64,000 bases of DNA from Lytechinus pictus (Eukaryota). The translations under genes were made by a program, and so were the position numbers. Below, one piece after another: positions 39,186-52,600 of this stretch. The notes under the pieces were generated by a model. That model did no database searches. It was not told the DNA's origin and saw only the letters and a program-made list of their open reading frames with translations. Numbering within the stretch: the first letter of the stretch is position 1; the number at the start of each line of letters is the position of its first letter. The stretch is from contig NC_087245.1 in assembly GCF_037042905.1 (NCBI RefSeq), forward strand, positions 25,546,001 through 25,610,000, in the 5' to 3' direction.

Positions 39186-40253
39186 CTCGCAGTATTATAT
39201 GAAATAAAAAGGGTTTTAGAACATTTCGGGATTCCATATAAACAGTTAATAAGAACGTTTTAAAAGGATTATCTGTATTGAATTCACCATAAACATGATA
39301 AAAACAAAATCAAATAAGATGTATAAACCTTATATAACCTGATTTGTATACGAACCTATATGTATTTGTTCTTTTTTAAGAGTTTGAACAAATACATTTT
39401 AAAAATTTTTGAACAGTATAATATTAAATTTCTAAGCAACAAATATTATAAATTGCACATTGCATGATCTGTTAGACAGGGTCATAATTTGTATCCCTGA
39501 GGGAAAGAATACCCTGCCACCACACTTTGGAACATAGTGTGACATCACTGTGTTTCACAGAAAGCTCATAGCCATTCTATTGAGACGAATCGGAATACGG
39601 TTTTACACTGTGGAACACGGTGTGTCAACTCTGTGAATTCATCCACACATATTGACTCAAATCACATGTGCAGAGTGAGAAAACATCCCATTTTATCGCA
39701 GTGGTATGTTTATGTGAACACAGTGTGAAAATGTGTATATTCAGAAACACCGTGAATTCATTGTGAAACACAAATCATATATTAAAAAAAACCTATGGAA
39801 AAAGGACAATCATAATACAAATTATTGTCAATCGCAATTAACATTATACTGTCTAATTAGCCGACTACAGGGTTGATTTAAATTTGATTTTGTAATTTTC
39901 ACGTAATCATAACATGACATAATCAAACATCAAACAATACTAGTAGTCCATGGCTGCACCTTGACACAAGTTTTCGTGTGTACAAATCTAACACATAATA
40001 CCTACATGTACCTATATTGATTGTTACTTTAGTAATGGTTCGTAAATTATTAATGAATATTACCAAATATGCTTGATATAATAATACAGTTTCTTTCCGA
40101 TTTGTCGTTCCAAAATACATGTTTGATTAAATATCTACGAAAAAGTACACTGCCCATCTGGAGTTTTCCTAAAATATATGTAACTTTATTACGATTATAT
40201 CATTAAAAATCCGAAATGGTACATTACACTGTGCTCAACAAAATAGTGCCATT

Positions 40254-41070
40254 CTTCTTCACAGCGTGTACACTGTTTAAATATATGAAAACACTGCGCC
40301 GAACAAATGACACACAGTGGCGATCTTCTTCACAGCGTGTATTTTGTGGAAATGTATGAACACACTGTGCTGAACAAATGACACACAGTGGCAATCTTCT
40401 TTACAGCATGTACACTATGGAAATGTATGAACACAATGCGCCGACCAAATGACACACATTGCCAATCTTCTTCACAGCGTGTACACTGTTTAAATATATG
40501 AACACATTGTGCCGAACAAATGACACACAGTGGCAATCTTCCTTACAGCGTGTCCACTATGGAAATGCATGAGCACACTGTGCCGACCAAATGACACACA
40601 GTGACAATATTCTTCACAGCGTGTACACTGTTTAGATATATGAACACACTGTGCAGAACAAATGACACACAGCGACAATATTCTTCACAGCGTGTACACT
40701 GTTTAGATATATGAACACACTGTGCCGACCAAATGGCACACATTGCCAATCTTCTTCACAGCGTGTACACTGTTTAAATATATGAATACACTGTGCCGAA
40801 CAAATGACACACAGTGGCAATCTTTTTTACAGCGTGTACACTATGGAAATGCATGAGCACACTGTTCCGACCAAATGACACACAGTGACAATCTTCTTCA
40901 CAGCGTGTACACTGTTTAAATATATGAACACACTGTGCAGAACAAATGACACACAGTGGCAATCTTCTTCACAGCGTGTATTTTGTGGAAATGTATGAAC
41001 ACACTGCGACGAACAAATGACATTCAGTGGCAATCTTCTTCACAGCGTGTACACTGTGGAAATTTATGAA
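40254..41070. repeat. 71-bp minisatellite, about 11 copies, two interleaved variants
   Basis: Unit cttcttcacagcgtgtacactgtttaaatatatgaacacactgtgccgaacaaatgacacacagtggcaat. Variants carry tttaaatatatg or ggaaatgyatg. Confidence 0.93.
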
Positions 41071-42674
41071 CTATGCTGAACGAATGAATTGTTTGGGGTG
41101 TTTTAACGATAAAAATACCTTGAAATTACCTGCATTTTTAAAACAAATATCTTGTGAAATTCATGGTAATATAAATAAAATTTTCAACATATACATGTAT
41201 TTTTTTACAATGATTATAAAAAAAATCAAATGTAAAACGATAACAACACAGTTATTTTCAAATCTGAATTTAATTTGGGGGTAAATCCAAGAATTATATA
41301 TTTGGAAAGCTTTAATTCATAATAATAATAATAAAAGACATATTGTGCGGTACGATCTAAGCTATATTATTTGTGGGTAAAATTTAAACTAAGAATGTCA
41401 AAAAGAATCAGTTGGATAACTTATTTCATTTTTTTCTGTGTGGTATAAAAACACATCCCCGATGAAATGAGGGGAACATATCTGTATACAATCTTTGCGT
41501 AGGTCATTGTCGCCTTTTGGTTTATAATTAGATTGTTTGTTATGAAAAAAAAATGATATCAGGGCGCCAAAAAATATGGTAAGAATAAGATGTAAATTTT
41601 CAGTAAGAATCAATCAATGAAACATCATGGTGAATACACGTTTGATAGATCGGAATAAAAAAAAGGGGAAGATCCAATGAAATTGAATATTAAACAATGC
41701 TTTACACAGACTTTAGGTTTGGCAAGGTCTTGACGCAAGAAATATGGGCCTACTTGATTGTATATCTACAGTTATGAGCATAGTAATAATTATTTGACAT
41801 GATTGCAATCCATGTCATACAGATAAATATATATAGAGAGAGGGGGGATAAAGATGAGAAGTGGACGGGGGTGGGGGTAACGAAGAAAACGCACTTGTCT
41901 CGTTATTTTGAAGAAAATAAACCCCAAATACATATATTGATAGATATGCACCAAGTTGCGACATGATTTTAAGATGAGAACCACAATCACTATGTTAAAT
42001 CATTTTACACAAAAACGAATAACTAAAGACTGAGAAATCTTCTTTAAACGCTGAATGATTAAATGTACTAAATCATTTTCCATCTTTATAACAAGACATA
42101 TTCACACTGAAAAAAGGAGAAAGGTTTCCTACGAAGCTGCCTTCTTTCACATCACTATTCTATTCCAGTTCTTAACTCCGAATCTCACATTATTCATGCA
42201 TGGGATACCATTTCTACAATGACATCGGTCAATATAATGTTCTATTTCCTCACACATTCCAACCTGAATCTTCGTATTACATTGCAATCTCGAAGTATAG
42301 TCACTACTAGACCACAGAGCATATCGTGACAATGCTTTCCAATTGAACTTATCTTCATGTCACGTATTCTCTAGTCACGTGGATGGGAATGGTTCACACT
42401 GCATCTGGGGGCCGAGTGTGAAATATTGGAAACATCATCTTCTTTGAATACACAGAGTTGTAAACACAGGTAATTGGTAGGTGCTATATCAAGTCAGAAA
42501 ATGATGAAAATCGAATGGATCGGTGGATATCAACGCAAAAGTACACAAAAGACGATATCTTCGACCTAATGACAGAATCATGACCGGCATGACATCTCGA
42601 CGGAAATGTATAAGTGTATCACGAATTTCTTGGTCGCGTTGATACAGAAAACGGGTTTTAACTTGATTCAAAAC

Positions 42675-44162
42675 TCAGCCGCTAATTGGCTTGACCTTTC
42701 GATAAAGATTCTTATTGGCCGAATTGAATTCTTCAATATCTTCTACAAGTTTTCGCATCTCTTTCCGTCGTAACTCGGCCTGTGAAGCAGCTGTGACAAG
42801 AACACGACCGACTTCATGGTCATACGTCTTCTCTTCTCTCTCTGGCATACGGGGTGTGGCAGGACGAAACATAATGAAAGGTGCGTTGATCGTCACCAGA
42901 CTATCCATCTGCCTCTCGTTCTCACTTTCCGACTTGGAGTTGATCTGTACGACGGGTATCGTATCATCGCTACCTTGTGACGACCCAGTCGTCGAAGAGA
43001 TCGAACGATTCTGTTGATATTCGACATCGGCATCGATGCCACTCGCCACCGCCATGATGTTGGCCATGTCCTTGATAGACGGCTCTGACTGTGAATGACT
43101 CAGACGTATCTGGGACAGTGTCACACCAATCTCGGACCAATCGTTAGAGTCGACCGTATCTTGGTATTGAGAACTGGATGCAGAAGAGGCGCTGCCCCTG
43201 TTGATAGACACACCACTGTCACTGCTTTGGGAGTAGTGACATCCCAAATCTGATTTTTCGGACACGACCGTGTGGGGAGTACAGACAGGAGCTTTGTACC
43301 CAGAGGCGTCCGGGTTGTAGTAGTCTCCATGTGGTACATCGACGTTGATTGATCGTTTGACAGGAACTAGTTCTTGACTTACCCTGCGACTTCTATCTTG
43401 AGAACTTGAACGGGTCGGTTTGTATTTGACTGATGACTTTGCTTTGGTCGCAGCACCCCGATAATCTGATTTGTCGGAGCTATGTCGACCAAAAGCCTGT
43501 TTGATAGTTCTCGTTTGTGCACAAGATTCGTTCTCACTACACGTTGATCTTGATCGCAGTCGACCCAGAGGTTGCGAGTGTGAGCATGACACATTATACG
43601 ACCTTAGATGCATGCAATGTTCATCTGACGAGGCTTTTGTAACGCGGTTAGATAACGGTGTCGGCTTTTTAGAGCGAGCAAAGCGTTTAAGCGTGGGTGG
43701 TTGAGGGCCTTTGTCTATATCTGGCGAAATTTTATCAATTGACGTAAGTGAGTTGTGCCTCTTGGAGTAATATTCAGTACGCTTTGTCCCTTTCCTCGTA
43801 TTAGCATCATCCAATAGACCTACTCCTTGGACTGGATGTATGGCGGGTACTGGTCTGTTGGCCTTAGAGTACATAGATAGTCTACCAGCTCGAGGCACGG
43901 TTGACAGGTCAGCATTGGTGACGAATACTGGTAGATTAAGAGAGAGATGACGGGTAAGACTGGGACGAGTCACTGGATGTGTCCTATGACGACCATGATC
44001 ACCACCCCTACCAACAGAGGGCGTACTAGACTGCCCGTCTTTGTGAAGTTGTTCTTTCATATCTTTGATCTTACTTAGATACTTGACGTTATGATCGCCC
44101 TGTGTTCGTACATCATCGTACCATTTCTGTTTCTTGTCTGGGTTGTTGCTTGACGATTTCAT
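42675..44162 (-). CDS. Uncharacterised 495-aa Ser/Arg/Thr-rich, probably disordered protein with a short C-terminal helical/coiled segment; single coding exon
   Basis: 1488-nt ORF in a GC-elevated island within AT-rich DNA. ATG in good context (accATG). A splice acceptor with a pyrimidine tract lies just upstream (AG at 44219-44220). No domain recognised and no transposase or RT motifs seen. Confidence 0.7.
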   Translation of the reverse strand: MKSSSNNPDKKQKWYDDVRTQGDHNVKYLSKIKDMKEQLHKDGQSSTPSVGRGGDHGRHRTHPVTRPSLTRHLSLNLPVFVTNADLSTVPRAGRLSMYSKANRPVPAIHPVQGVGLLDDANTRKGTKRTEYYSKRHNSLTSIDKISPDIDKGPQPPTLKRFARSKKPTPLSNRVTKASSDEHCMHLRSYNVSCSHSQPLGRLRSRSTCSENESCAQTRTIKQAFGRHSSDKSDYRGAATKAKSSVKYKPTRSSSQDRSRRVSQELVPVKRSINVDVPHGDYYNPDASGYKAPVCTPHTVVSEKSDLGCHYSQSSDSGVSINRGSASSASSSQYQDTVDSNDWSEIGVTLSQIRLSHSQSEPSIKDMANIMAVASGIDADVEYQQNRSISSTTGSSQGSDDTIPVVQINSKSESENERQMDSLVTINAPFIMFRPATPRMPEREEKTYDHEVGRVLVTAASQAELRRKEMRKLVEDIEEFNSANKNLYRKVKPISG

Positions 44163-45489
44163 GGTTGGTGGCGCCTTGACTTCAGTTATCAGCCATGAAA
44201 CTCAGTAAAAAAGCATGTCTGTAAAAACAAAATAGAACAAAAGTAGAAACAATAGTTATAAAAGAAAGCAGGCCTATCATTATAACACGTTATGTTATGA
44301 TAATTATGTTCGTAAGATGATGACGGCTTTACGCACGACCGGTTTAATGGCTTTAAGAAGATTTTCCGGTCTTCACATAATCGAAGTATCTATATTTCCT
44401 AATGACAAATATGAATATTAACTTTGCATTGAGAATCTTATTACAATAAAAAAGAAAGGGATACCAACATCTGATTTGGCACTTAAGAACAGGTCACAAA
44501 GCGCGTGCAAATTTGTGCATATGTTACAAACGATTTTATGATAAACGCCTATTGACTTAATGAAGTTCCGGGTGAAAATATTATTGATACTGGTCATGCA
44601 TGGATGAGCATACACTAAAGTCAAAATTGTCTTTTTTTCTTCTAAAATCACATCATTGGCAAATTGTTTTCCCATAACAGTAAATAATATTCTACTTTAT
44701 TTCTCAGCTATGATATGGCTGCATCCTCTTTATTTTCTTAAAACATAATGAAAAGATAGATATACATTTGGCCGAAAAATCTTATTGCGAAATTTAATTC
44801 TTATTTTAAGTAAAGCAAACAATAAACATTGATGTAATATTAATCTATGCCTTGTCTGGTATGTTGATTGTGCATGTTGCGTAAACTTTGATTTGATATT
44901 GATTGTATTTACTTTTGTTGAATTTTATTTGTCATTCTTCGTATTCTTGCCGATATTCATATTCATCCTGTTAATATAAACCATTCGGCTTACATTAAAA
45001 ATAATATTTTTCTGTTTCAGTCGTTTTTTTTTTTTCCAAAATGCTTTGTTTAATATTTTGTTGCTTCATTATTTCTTACACTTTGCATGTACTCTTGAAG
45101 ATGGGCAAGCGTCGAAATCTTCGTCAAGACTGTGACTTGTGCACTCTACGTATTCCACATTTTTCACACGTTCGTGTATTAAATTATCACGGTCTAAATG
45201 GCGATCGGTTAAAGCCTCCACACGTCTCTCTACAAACTATAATATATCATAGTGATATATCCATATATCACACAGATTTATTTTGACATGTTATTGCTAT
45301 AACCTGTCAGTATTATCAAAAAATGAATGAATGAATAAAAATCTTCAATCTGCCGAAGAAACTCTAAACTCGAGCTGACAACCTGCACAACACCCAGTTC
45401 TCTACTTGTAAATGAAATGGATAAATATTTATGAATGCGAGTGTGAGAGAACGGATAGGAAGGATTAGGAATGGAAAGGTAAAACAGAG

Positions 45490-45600
45490 TGAGATGAGAA
45501 AGAGATGAGGGAGAGGGAGAGAGAGAGAGAGAGAGAGGAGGGAGGGGGGGAGAGAGATGGTGGAGGGAGAGGGAGGGGGGAGAAGGGGATGGAAGAAAAG
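45490..45600. repeat. GA-rich simple repeat
   Basis: (GA)n and GGA-rich polypurine tract upstream of the 495-aa ORF. Confidence 0.7.
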
Positions 45601-45688
45601 CTAGAGAATGATCTGGGCCCCGTCTTACAGAGAGTTGCGATTGATCCGATCCGATCAACCACAACTATGGAAAGCCAGCAACGTCAAT

Positions 45689-45908
45689 TGGGATGTTGCA
45701 AGAAACTTGCAATCAATTGCAAGTCTATTTTGGGGCCCGGAATCAATAATACGTCTTGCAAATAATTGCAAATTAGTGATTGATTGCTAATCTGCTACTT
45801 GAAACAAGAAGTTTAATCTGATTTGCTACAGCTAACATTGATCTATCAATAATAAAATTGCAAGAGAATATTTGCAATTGATCGCAAATATTTTCTTGCA
45901 ACACCCCC
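45689..45908. mobile_element. Harbinger-like MITE
   Basis: gggatgttgcaagaaa / tttcttgcaacacccc ends, with internal ttgcaat repeats. Confidence 0.6.
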
Positions 45909-46620
45909 AATATCTAATATGCTTCTTTGTTCACATTTTTTTCTAGATATGCTGTATATTAATACTTTCATTGCTTTCCTGAAAATTTAGGACGCTTCTC
46001 TTTGTTCGACATTGCGCAAATTTCCTGTGAAACAACAACGAAAAAACATGACACTGATGGATTTCCATACATTTGAGATTAATCGGATCAATCGTGACTC
46101 TTCGTATGACGGGGCCCTGAAAGGGGAGACAAAAGAAAATAAATGGTTGGGGCGCAGTATAGGATCCAGACATGATTTATATACGAAATTTTCTTAAAAA
46201 CAGTGAAATTTAATGTACGCAAAAGAAGTGGCCGTGGACGTATGAAATCTAGGTAGGGAAATGTCCTTGTCAAAACACTTCTGTCATTATTTTGGTTTCT
46301 GGTTTGTGTAATTATCCACCTTTATTATTCAGCGCGGCAGTTTTCCATTCTTCTATATCGCGATCCGTGTTGTCGACTAATAACTTCATGTCAAATTGGC
46401 CAAGGACAGGCATGGCCTGCATTCATTTAATTCGAGGAAAAAAGGAAAAACAATTAAGATAATCATCCGGATGGCTTCCCCTGCCATGGTTGCCACGGTT
46501 ACTTGATATGTGGGGATTGTGAGTTGGTAGTAATGATGTTATATTGGTAATGAAAGACGTATTATCCTGAAGGTGACCTCATCTTTAAGATGAGCTGTAC
46601 GGATGCCGAAAGGTATTCTG

Positions 46621-49600
46621 TTTGCATTGACGCCCACTGGCGACAATGCATTGTTCTTGTTCCGTATTCCTATTCCGTCGTCTTCTTCTTTGCATTGACG
46701 CCCACTGGCGACAATGCATTGTTCTTGTTCCGTATTCCTATTCCGTCGTCTTCTTCTTCTTCTTCCACAAAATCCCATTTGTTTAACACATGGTTTTTGT
46801 TAGCTCTGCCCTGGCTCCGTCCCTCATCCAAACTCATCCAAACTTGGTAGACATGTTTTCCAGCATCCCTAGTTGTGCACCTCGTCTTCTATTTTCCAAA
46901 ATCGCTCATGCATGACCATCCAGGCGCCATTTTGTAAATTTCAAGTCCATTTGCATACCATTACTAATCTCGTCCTAACTCCCGCATCCTGCATTCTACA
47001 GACTTCTAACAAATTGCTATAGATAGTCAAAGAGTTGCCCCATCATTTGCGACGTATAACTTGACCTTCAAAATGCCATCTTCATGCCCTAAATTCAAAT
47101 CCGAAATAGCCTTCCTTCAAAAACGTCATATTTATTGAAATGTAAAGTAAAAAAAATCGTAAAATGGCCATAACTTTCTTGTTTTTATTTATTTCGAGCT
47201 CATATGTTCAGGAATTGATACTGGTACCATATCATACATAGGAATGAGTTTTCACGCATCACTGAATATCCGTTACTGAAATAGCGCCCTCTAAAGTTTC
47301 AAAAACGCTTATCTTTGAATGCTCCTCATTGCATCATGCATGGCCAAACCCGTACCCTTTTTTAGATTTAGGGTGTTCAAGATATGCCCTTTCATGCCAT
47401 TTAGAAAAAAATATACCTTACCACTGACGAAATATCTGAAAAATGCTCCCGTAAATCAGCAAAATACGCAAAAATGCACTATAATGCCAGCACAACTTGA
47501 ACTTGCTCTTATTTCCTTAATATTGAAGTTTATCCTTTCTAACTTGGCAGATATGAGTATTGATATATACTACAACCGTTCGCCAACCTTTTGTGACAGA
47601 AACTGACATAGAGCTGACGTCAGCTCAAAATTATTGTGCAAAACTGTCATTTTTAATGTCTTTCTTTATATGGCATTTACTTCCGGTCTATTGCTTGCGC
47701 AAAAATAAAAGTGGTATCAATGTCACCGCATTGGAATGCCCTATCCAGTGATACCAAATACGACATAGGTTACAACAGAAAATTTCAAGATAAGCCAATC
47801 TGAACACATGGTATACTACTCACAATGCACACATTATCAACAACAGAATTGTACACAATGTCTATGGCATAACGTATTATGCATGCACATCGTTCTGCTA
47901 TGTACTTTACACTGAGTTACGTGAATGAACTGTCAGGGAAATGTGTATGCTTATTCATATCACTCTCTCTGTGTCTTTTTCTCCCTTCTCTTTCTTTGTT
48001 GAGTGGCCATGTGGTCTAAAAATGGACGAAATCTGTTTGACTCGAGAAATGTAACTTCGTATGGAGGGCAAAATGTACCAAAATCCACTTTGATTAACAT
48101 GTAATTTTTGTTAGTCCTCCCCTGCCTCCGCTCCTCATCCAAATTCATTCCGATTTGGTAGACATGTTGTCCATGATGCATTATTGTGTACCTCTTATTT
48201 CATTTTGTAAAATCATTCATGCATGACAGTGCATGCGCCATTTTGAGTGAGTGACATCATCATCTCTCTCATTTGGATGTAACTGGCTCGTTCATATAAC
48301 TATTTTGTTAAAAATAAGCGAAACTTTGAAATGTCATAACTTTCGTATTTTACATCCGATTTTGATGAAATTTTCAGCATTGTGTTTGTCTGATTTTTCC
48401 CTATTGATTCAAATCACTATTTTTCTGAGGTGGACTTGACCTTTCAATCAGACGCGTCAATGCATGCACATCGTTCTGAAACGATTGCAGTTCTAGTCTT
48501 CTTTGCATTGACGCCCAACGGCGACAATGCATTGTTCTTTCCGTATTCCTATTCCGTCGTCTTCTTCTTCTTCTTCTTCTTCTTCTTCCACAAAATCCCA
48601 TTTGTTTAACACATGGTGTTTGTTAGCTCTGCCCTGGCTCCGTCCCTCATCCAAATTCATCCAAACTTGGTAGACATGTTGTCCAGCATCCCTAGTTGTG
48701 CCCCTCGTCTTCCTTTTTTCAAAATCACTCATGCATGACCATCTAGGCGCCATTTTGTAAATTTCAAGTCCATTTGCATACCATTACTAATCTCGTCCTA
48801 ACTCCCGCATCCTGCATTCTACAGACTTCTAACAAATTGCTATAGATAGTCAAAGAGTTGCCCCATCATTTGCGACGTATAACCTGACCTTCAAAATGCC
48901 ATCTTCATGCCCTCAATTCAAATCCGAAATAGCCTTCCTTCAAAAACGTCATATTTATTGAAATGTAAAGTCAAAAAATCGTAAAATGGCCATAACTTTC
49001 TTGTTTTTATTCATTTCGAGCTCATTTTTTTTAGGAATTGATACTGGTACCATATCATACATAGGAATTAGTTTTCACGCATCACTAAATTTCCGTTACT
49101 GAAATAGCGCCCTCTAAAGTTTCAAAAACGCTTATCTTTGAATGCTCCTCATTGCGTCATGCATGGCCAAACCCGTACCCTTTTTTAGATTTAGGGTGTT
49201 CAAGATATGCCCTTTCATGCCATTTAGAAAAAAATATACCTTACCACTGACGAAATATCTGAAAAATGCTCCCGAAAATCAGCAAAATACGCAAAAATGC
49301 ACTATAATGCCAGCACAACTTCAACTTGCTCTTATTTCCTTAATATTGAAGTTTATCCTTTCTAACTTGGCAGATATGAGTATTGATATATACTACAACC
49401 GTTCGCCAACCTTTTGTGACAGAAACTGACATAGAGCTGACGTCAGCTCAAAATTATTGTGCAAAACTGTCATTTTTAATGTCTTTCTTTATATGGCATT
49501 TACTTCCGGTCTATTGCTTGCGCAAAAATAAAAGTGGTATCAATGTCACCGCATTGGAATGCCCTATCCAGTGATACCAAATACGACATAGGTTACAACA

Positions 49601-52600
49601 GAAAATTTCAAGATAAGCCAATCTGAACACATGGTATACTACTCACAATGCACACATTATCAACAACAGAATTGTACACAATGTCTATGGCATAACGTAT
49701 TATGCATGCACATCGTTCTGCTATGTACTTTACACTGAGTTACGTGAATGAACTGTCAGGGAAATGTGTATGCTTATTCATATCACTCTCTCTGTGTCTT
49801 TTTCTCCCTTCTCTTTCTTTGTTGAGTGGCCATGTGGTCTAAAAATGGACGAAATCTGTTTGACTCGAGAAATGTAACTTCGTATGGAGGGCAAAATGTA
49901 CCAAAATCCACTTTGATTAACATGTAATTTTTGTTAGTCCTCCCCTGCCTCCGCTCCTCATCCAAATTCATTCCGATTTGGTAGACATGTTGTCCATGAT
50001 GCATTATTGTGTACCTCTTATTTCATTTTGTAAAATCATTCATGCATGACAGTGCATGCGCCATTTTGAGTGAGTGACATCATCATCTCTCTCATTTGGA
50101 TGTAACTGGCTCGTTCATATAACTATTTTGTTAAAAATAAGCGAAACTTTGAAATGTCATAACTTTCGTATTTTACATCCGATTTTGATGAAATTTTCAG
50201 CATTGTGTTTGTCTGATTTTTCCCTATTGATTCAAATCACTATTTTTCTGAGGTGGACTTGACCTTTCAATCAGACGCGTCAATGCATGCACATCGTTCT
50301 GAAACGATTGCAGTTCTAGTCTTCTTTGCATTGACGCCCAACGGCGACAATGCATTGTTCTTGTTCCGTATTCCTATTCCGTCGTCTTTGCATTGACGCC
50401 CACTGGCGACAATGCATTGTTCTTGTTCCGTATTCCTATTCCGTCGTCTTCTTCTTCTTCTTCTTCTTCTTCTTCTTCTTCTTCTTCTTCCACAAAATCC
50501 CATTTGTTTAACACATGGTGTTTGTTAGCTCTGCCCTGGCTCCGTCCCTCATCCAAATTCATCCAAACTTGGTAGACATGTTGTCCAGCATCCCTAGTTG
50601 TGCCCCTCGTCTTCCTTTTTTCAAAATCACTCATGCATGACCATCTAGGCGCCATTTTGTAAATTTCAAGTCCATTTGCATACCATTACTAATCTCGTCC
50701 TAACTCCCGCATCCTGCATTCTACAGACTTCTAACAAATTGCTATAGATAGTCAAAGAGTTGCCCCATCATTTGCGACGTATAACTTGACCTTCAAAATG
50801 CCATCTTAATGCCCTAAATTCAAATCCGAAATAGCCTATCTTCAAAAACGTCATATTTATTGAAATGTAAGGTCAAAAAATCGTAAAATGGCCATAACTT
50901 TCTTGTTTTTATTCATTTCGAGCTCATATTTTCAGGAATTGATACTGGTACAATATCATACATAGGAATTAGTTTTCACGCATCACTGAATTTCCGTTAC
51001 TGAAATAGCGCCCTCTAAAGTTTCAAAAATGCTTATCTTTCAATGCTCCTCATTGCGTCATGCATGGCCAAACCCGTACCCTTTTTTAGATTTAGGGTGT
51101 TCAAGATATGCTCTTTCATGCCATTTAGAAAAAAATATACCTTACCACTGACGAAATATCTGAAAAATGCTCCCGAAAATCAGCAAAATACGCAAAAATG
51201 CACTATAATGCCAGCACAACTTGAACTTGCTCTTATTTCCTTATTATTGAAGTTTATCCTTTCTAACTTGGCAGATATGAGTATTGATATATACTTCAAC
51301 CGTTCGTTAACCTTTTGTGACAGAAACTGACATAGAGCTGACGTCAGCTCAAAATTATTGTGCAAAACTGTCATTTTTAATGTCTTTCTTTATATGGCAT
51401 TTACTTCCGGTCTATTGCTTGCGCATAAAAAAAAGTGGTATCAATGTCACCGCATTGGAATGCCCTATCCAGTGATACCAAATACGACATAGGTTACAAC
51501 AGAAAATTTCAAGATAAGCCAATCTGAACACATTGTATACTACTCAAAATGCACACATTATCAACAACAGAATTGTACACAATGTCTATGGCATAACGTA
51601 TTATGCATGCACATCGTTCTGCTATGTACTTTACACTGAGTTACGTTAATGAACTGTCAGGGAAATGTGTATGCTTATTCATATAAATCTCTCTGTGTCT
51701 TTCTCTCCCTTCTCTCTCTTTTTTTTGAGCGGCCATATGGTCTAAAAATGGCCCAATGGACGAAATCCTTTTGACTTGAGAATGTAACTTTCTATGGAGG
51801 GCAAAATGTACCAAAATCCACTTTGATTAACATGTTATTTTTGTTAGTCCTCCCCTGCCTCCGCTCCTCATCCAAATTCATTCCGATTCGGTAGACATGT
51901 TGTCCATGATGCATTATTGTGTATCTCTTATTTCATTTTCTAAAATCATTCATGCATGACAGTGCATGCACCATTTTGAGTGAGTGACATCATCATCTCT
52001 CTCATTTGGATGTAACTGGCTCGTTCATATAACTATTTTGTTAAAAATAAGCGAAACTTTGAAATGTCATAACTTTCTTATTTTACATCCGATTTTGATG
52101 AAATTTTCAGCATTGTGCTTGTCTGATTTCTCCCTATTGATTCCAATCAATATTTTTCTGAGGTGGACTTGACCTTTCAATCAGACGCGTCAATGCATGC
52201 ACATCGTTCGGAAACGATTGCAGTTCTAGTCTTCTTCTTCTTCTTCTTCTTCTTCTTCTTCCACAAAATCCCATTTGTTTAACACATGGTGTTTGTTAGC
52301 TCTGCCCTGGCTCCGTCCCTCATCCAAATTCATCCAAACTTAGTAGACATGTTGTCCAGCATCCCTAGTTGTGCCCCTCGTCTTCCTTTTTTCAAAATCA
52401 CTCATGCATGACCATCTAGGCGCCATTTTGTAAATTTCAAGTCCATTTGCATACCATTACTAATCTCGTCCTAACTCCCGCATCCTGCATTCTACAGACT
52501 TCTAACAAATTGCTATAGATAGTCAAAGAGTTGCCCCATCATTTGCGACGTATAACCTGACCTTCAAAATGCCATCTTCATGCCCTCAATTCAAATCCGA

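Noticed and set aside
40330..41033. Cys/His-rich zinc-finger-like ORFs
   Set aside because: Translations of a 71-bp (non-3n) minisatellite that shift frame every unit.
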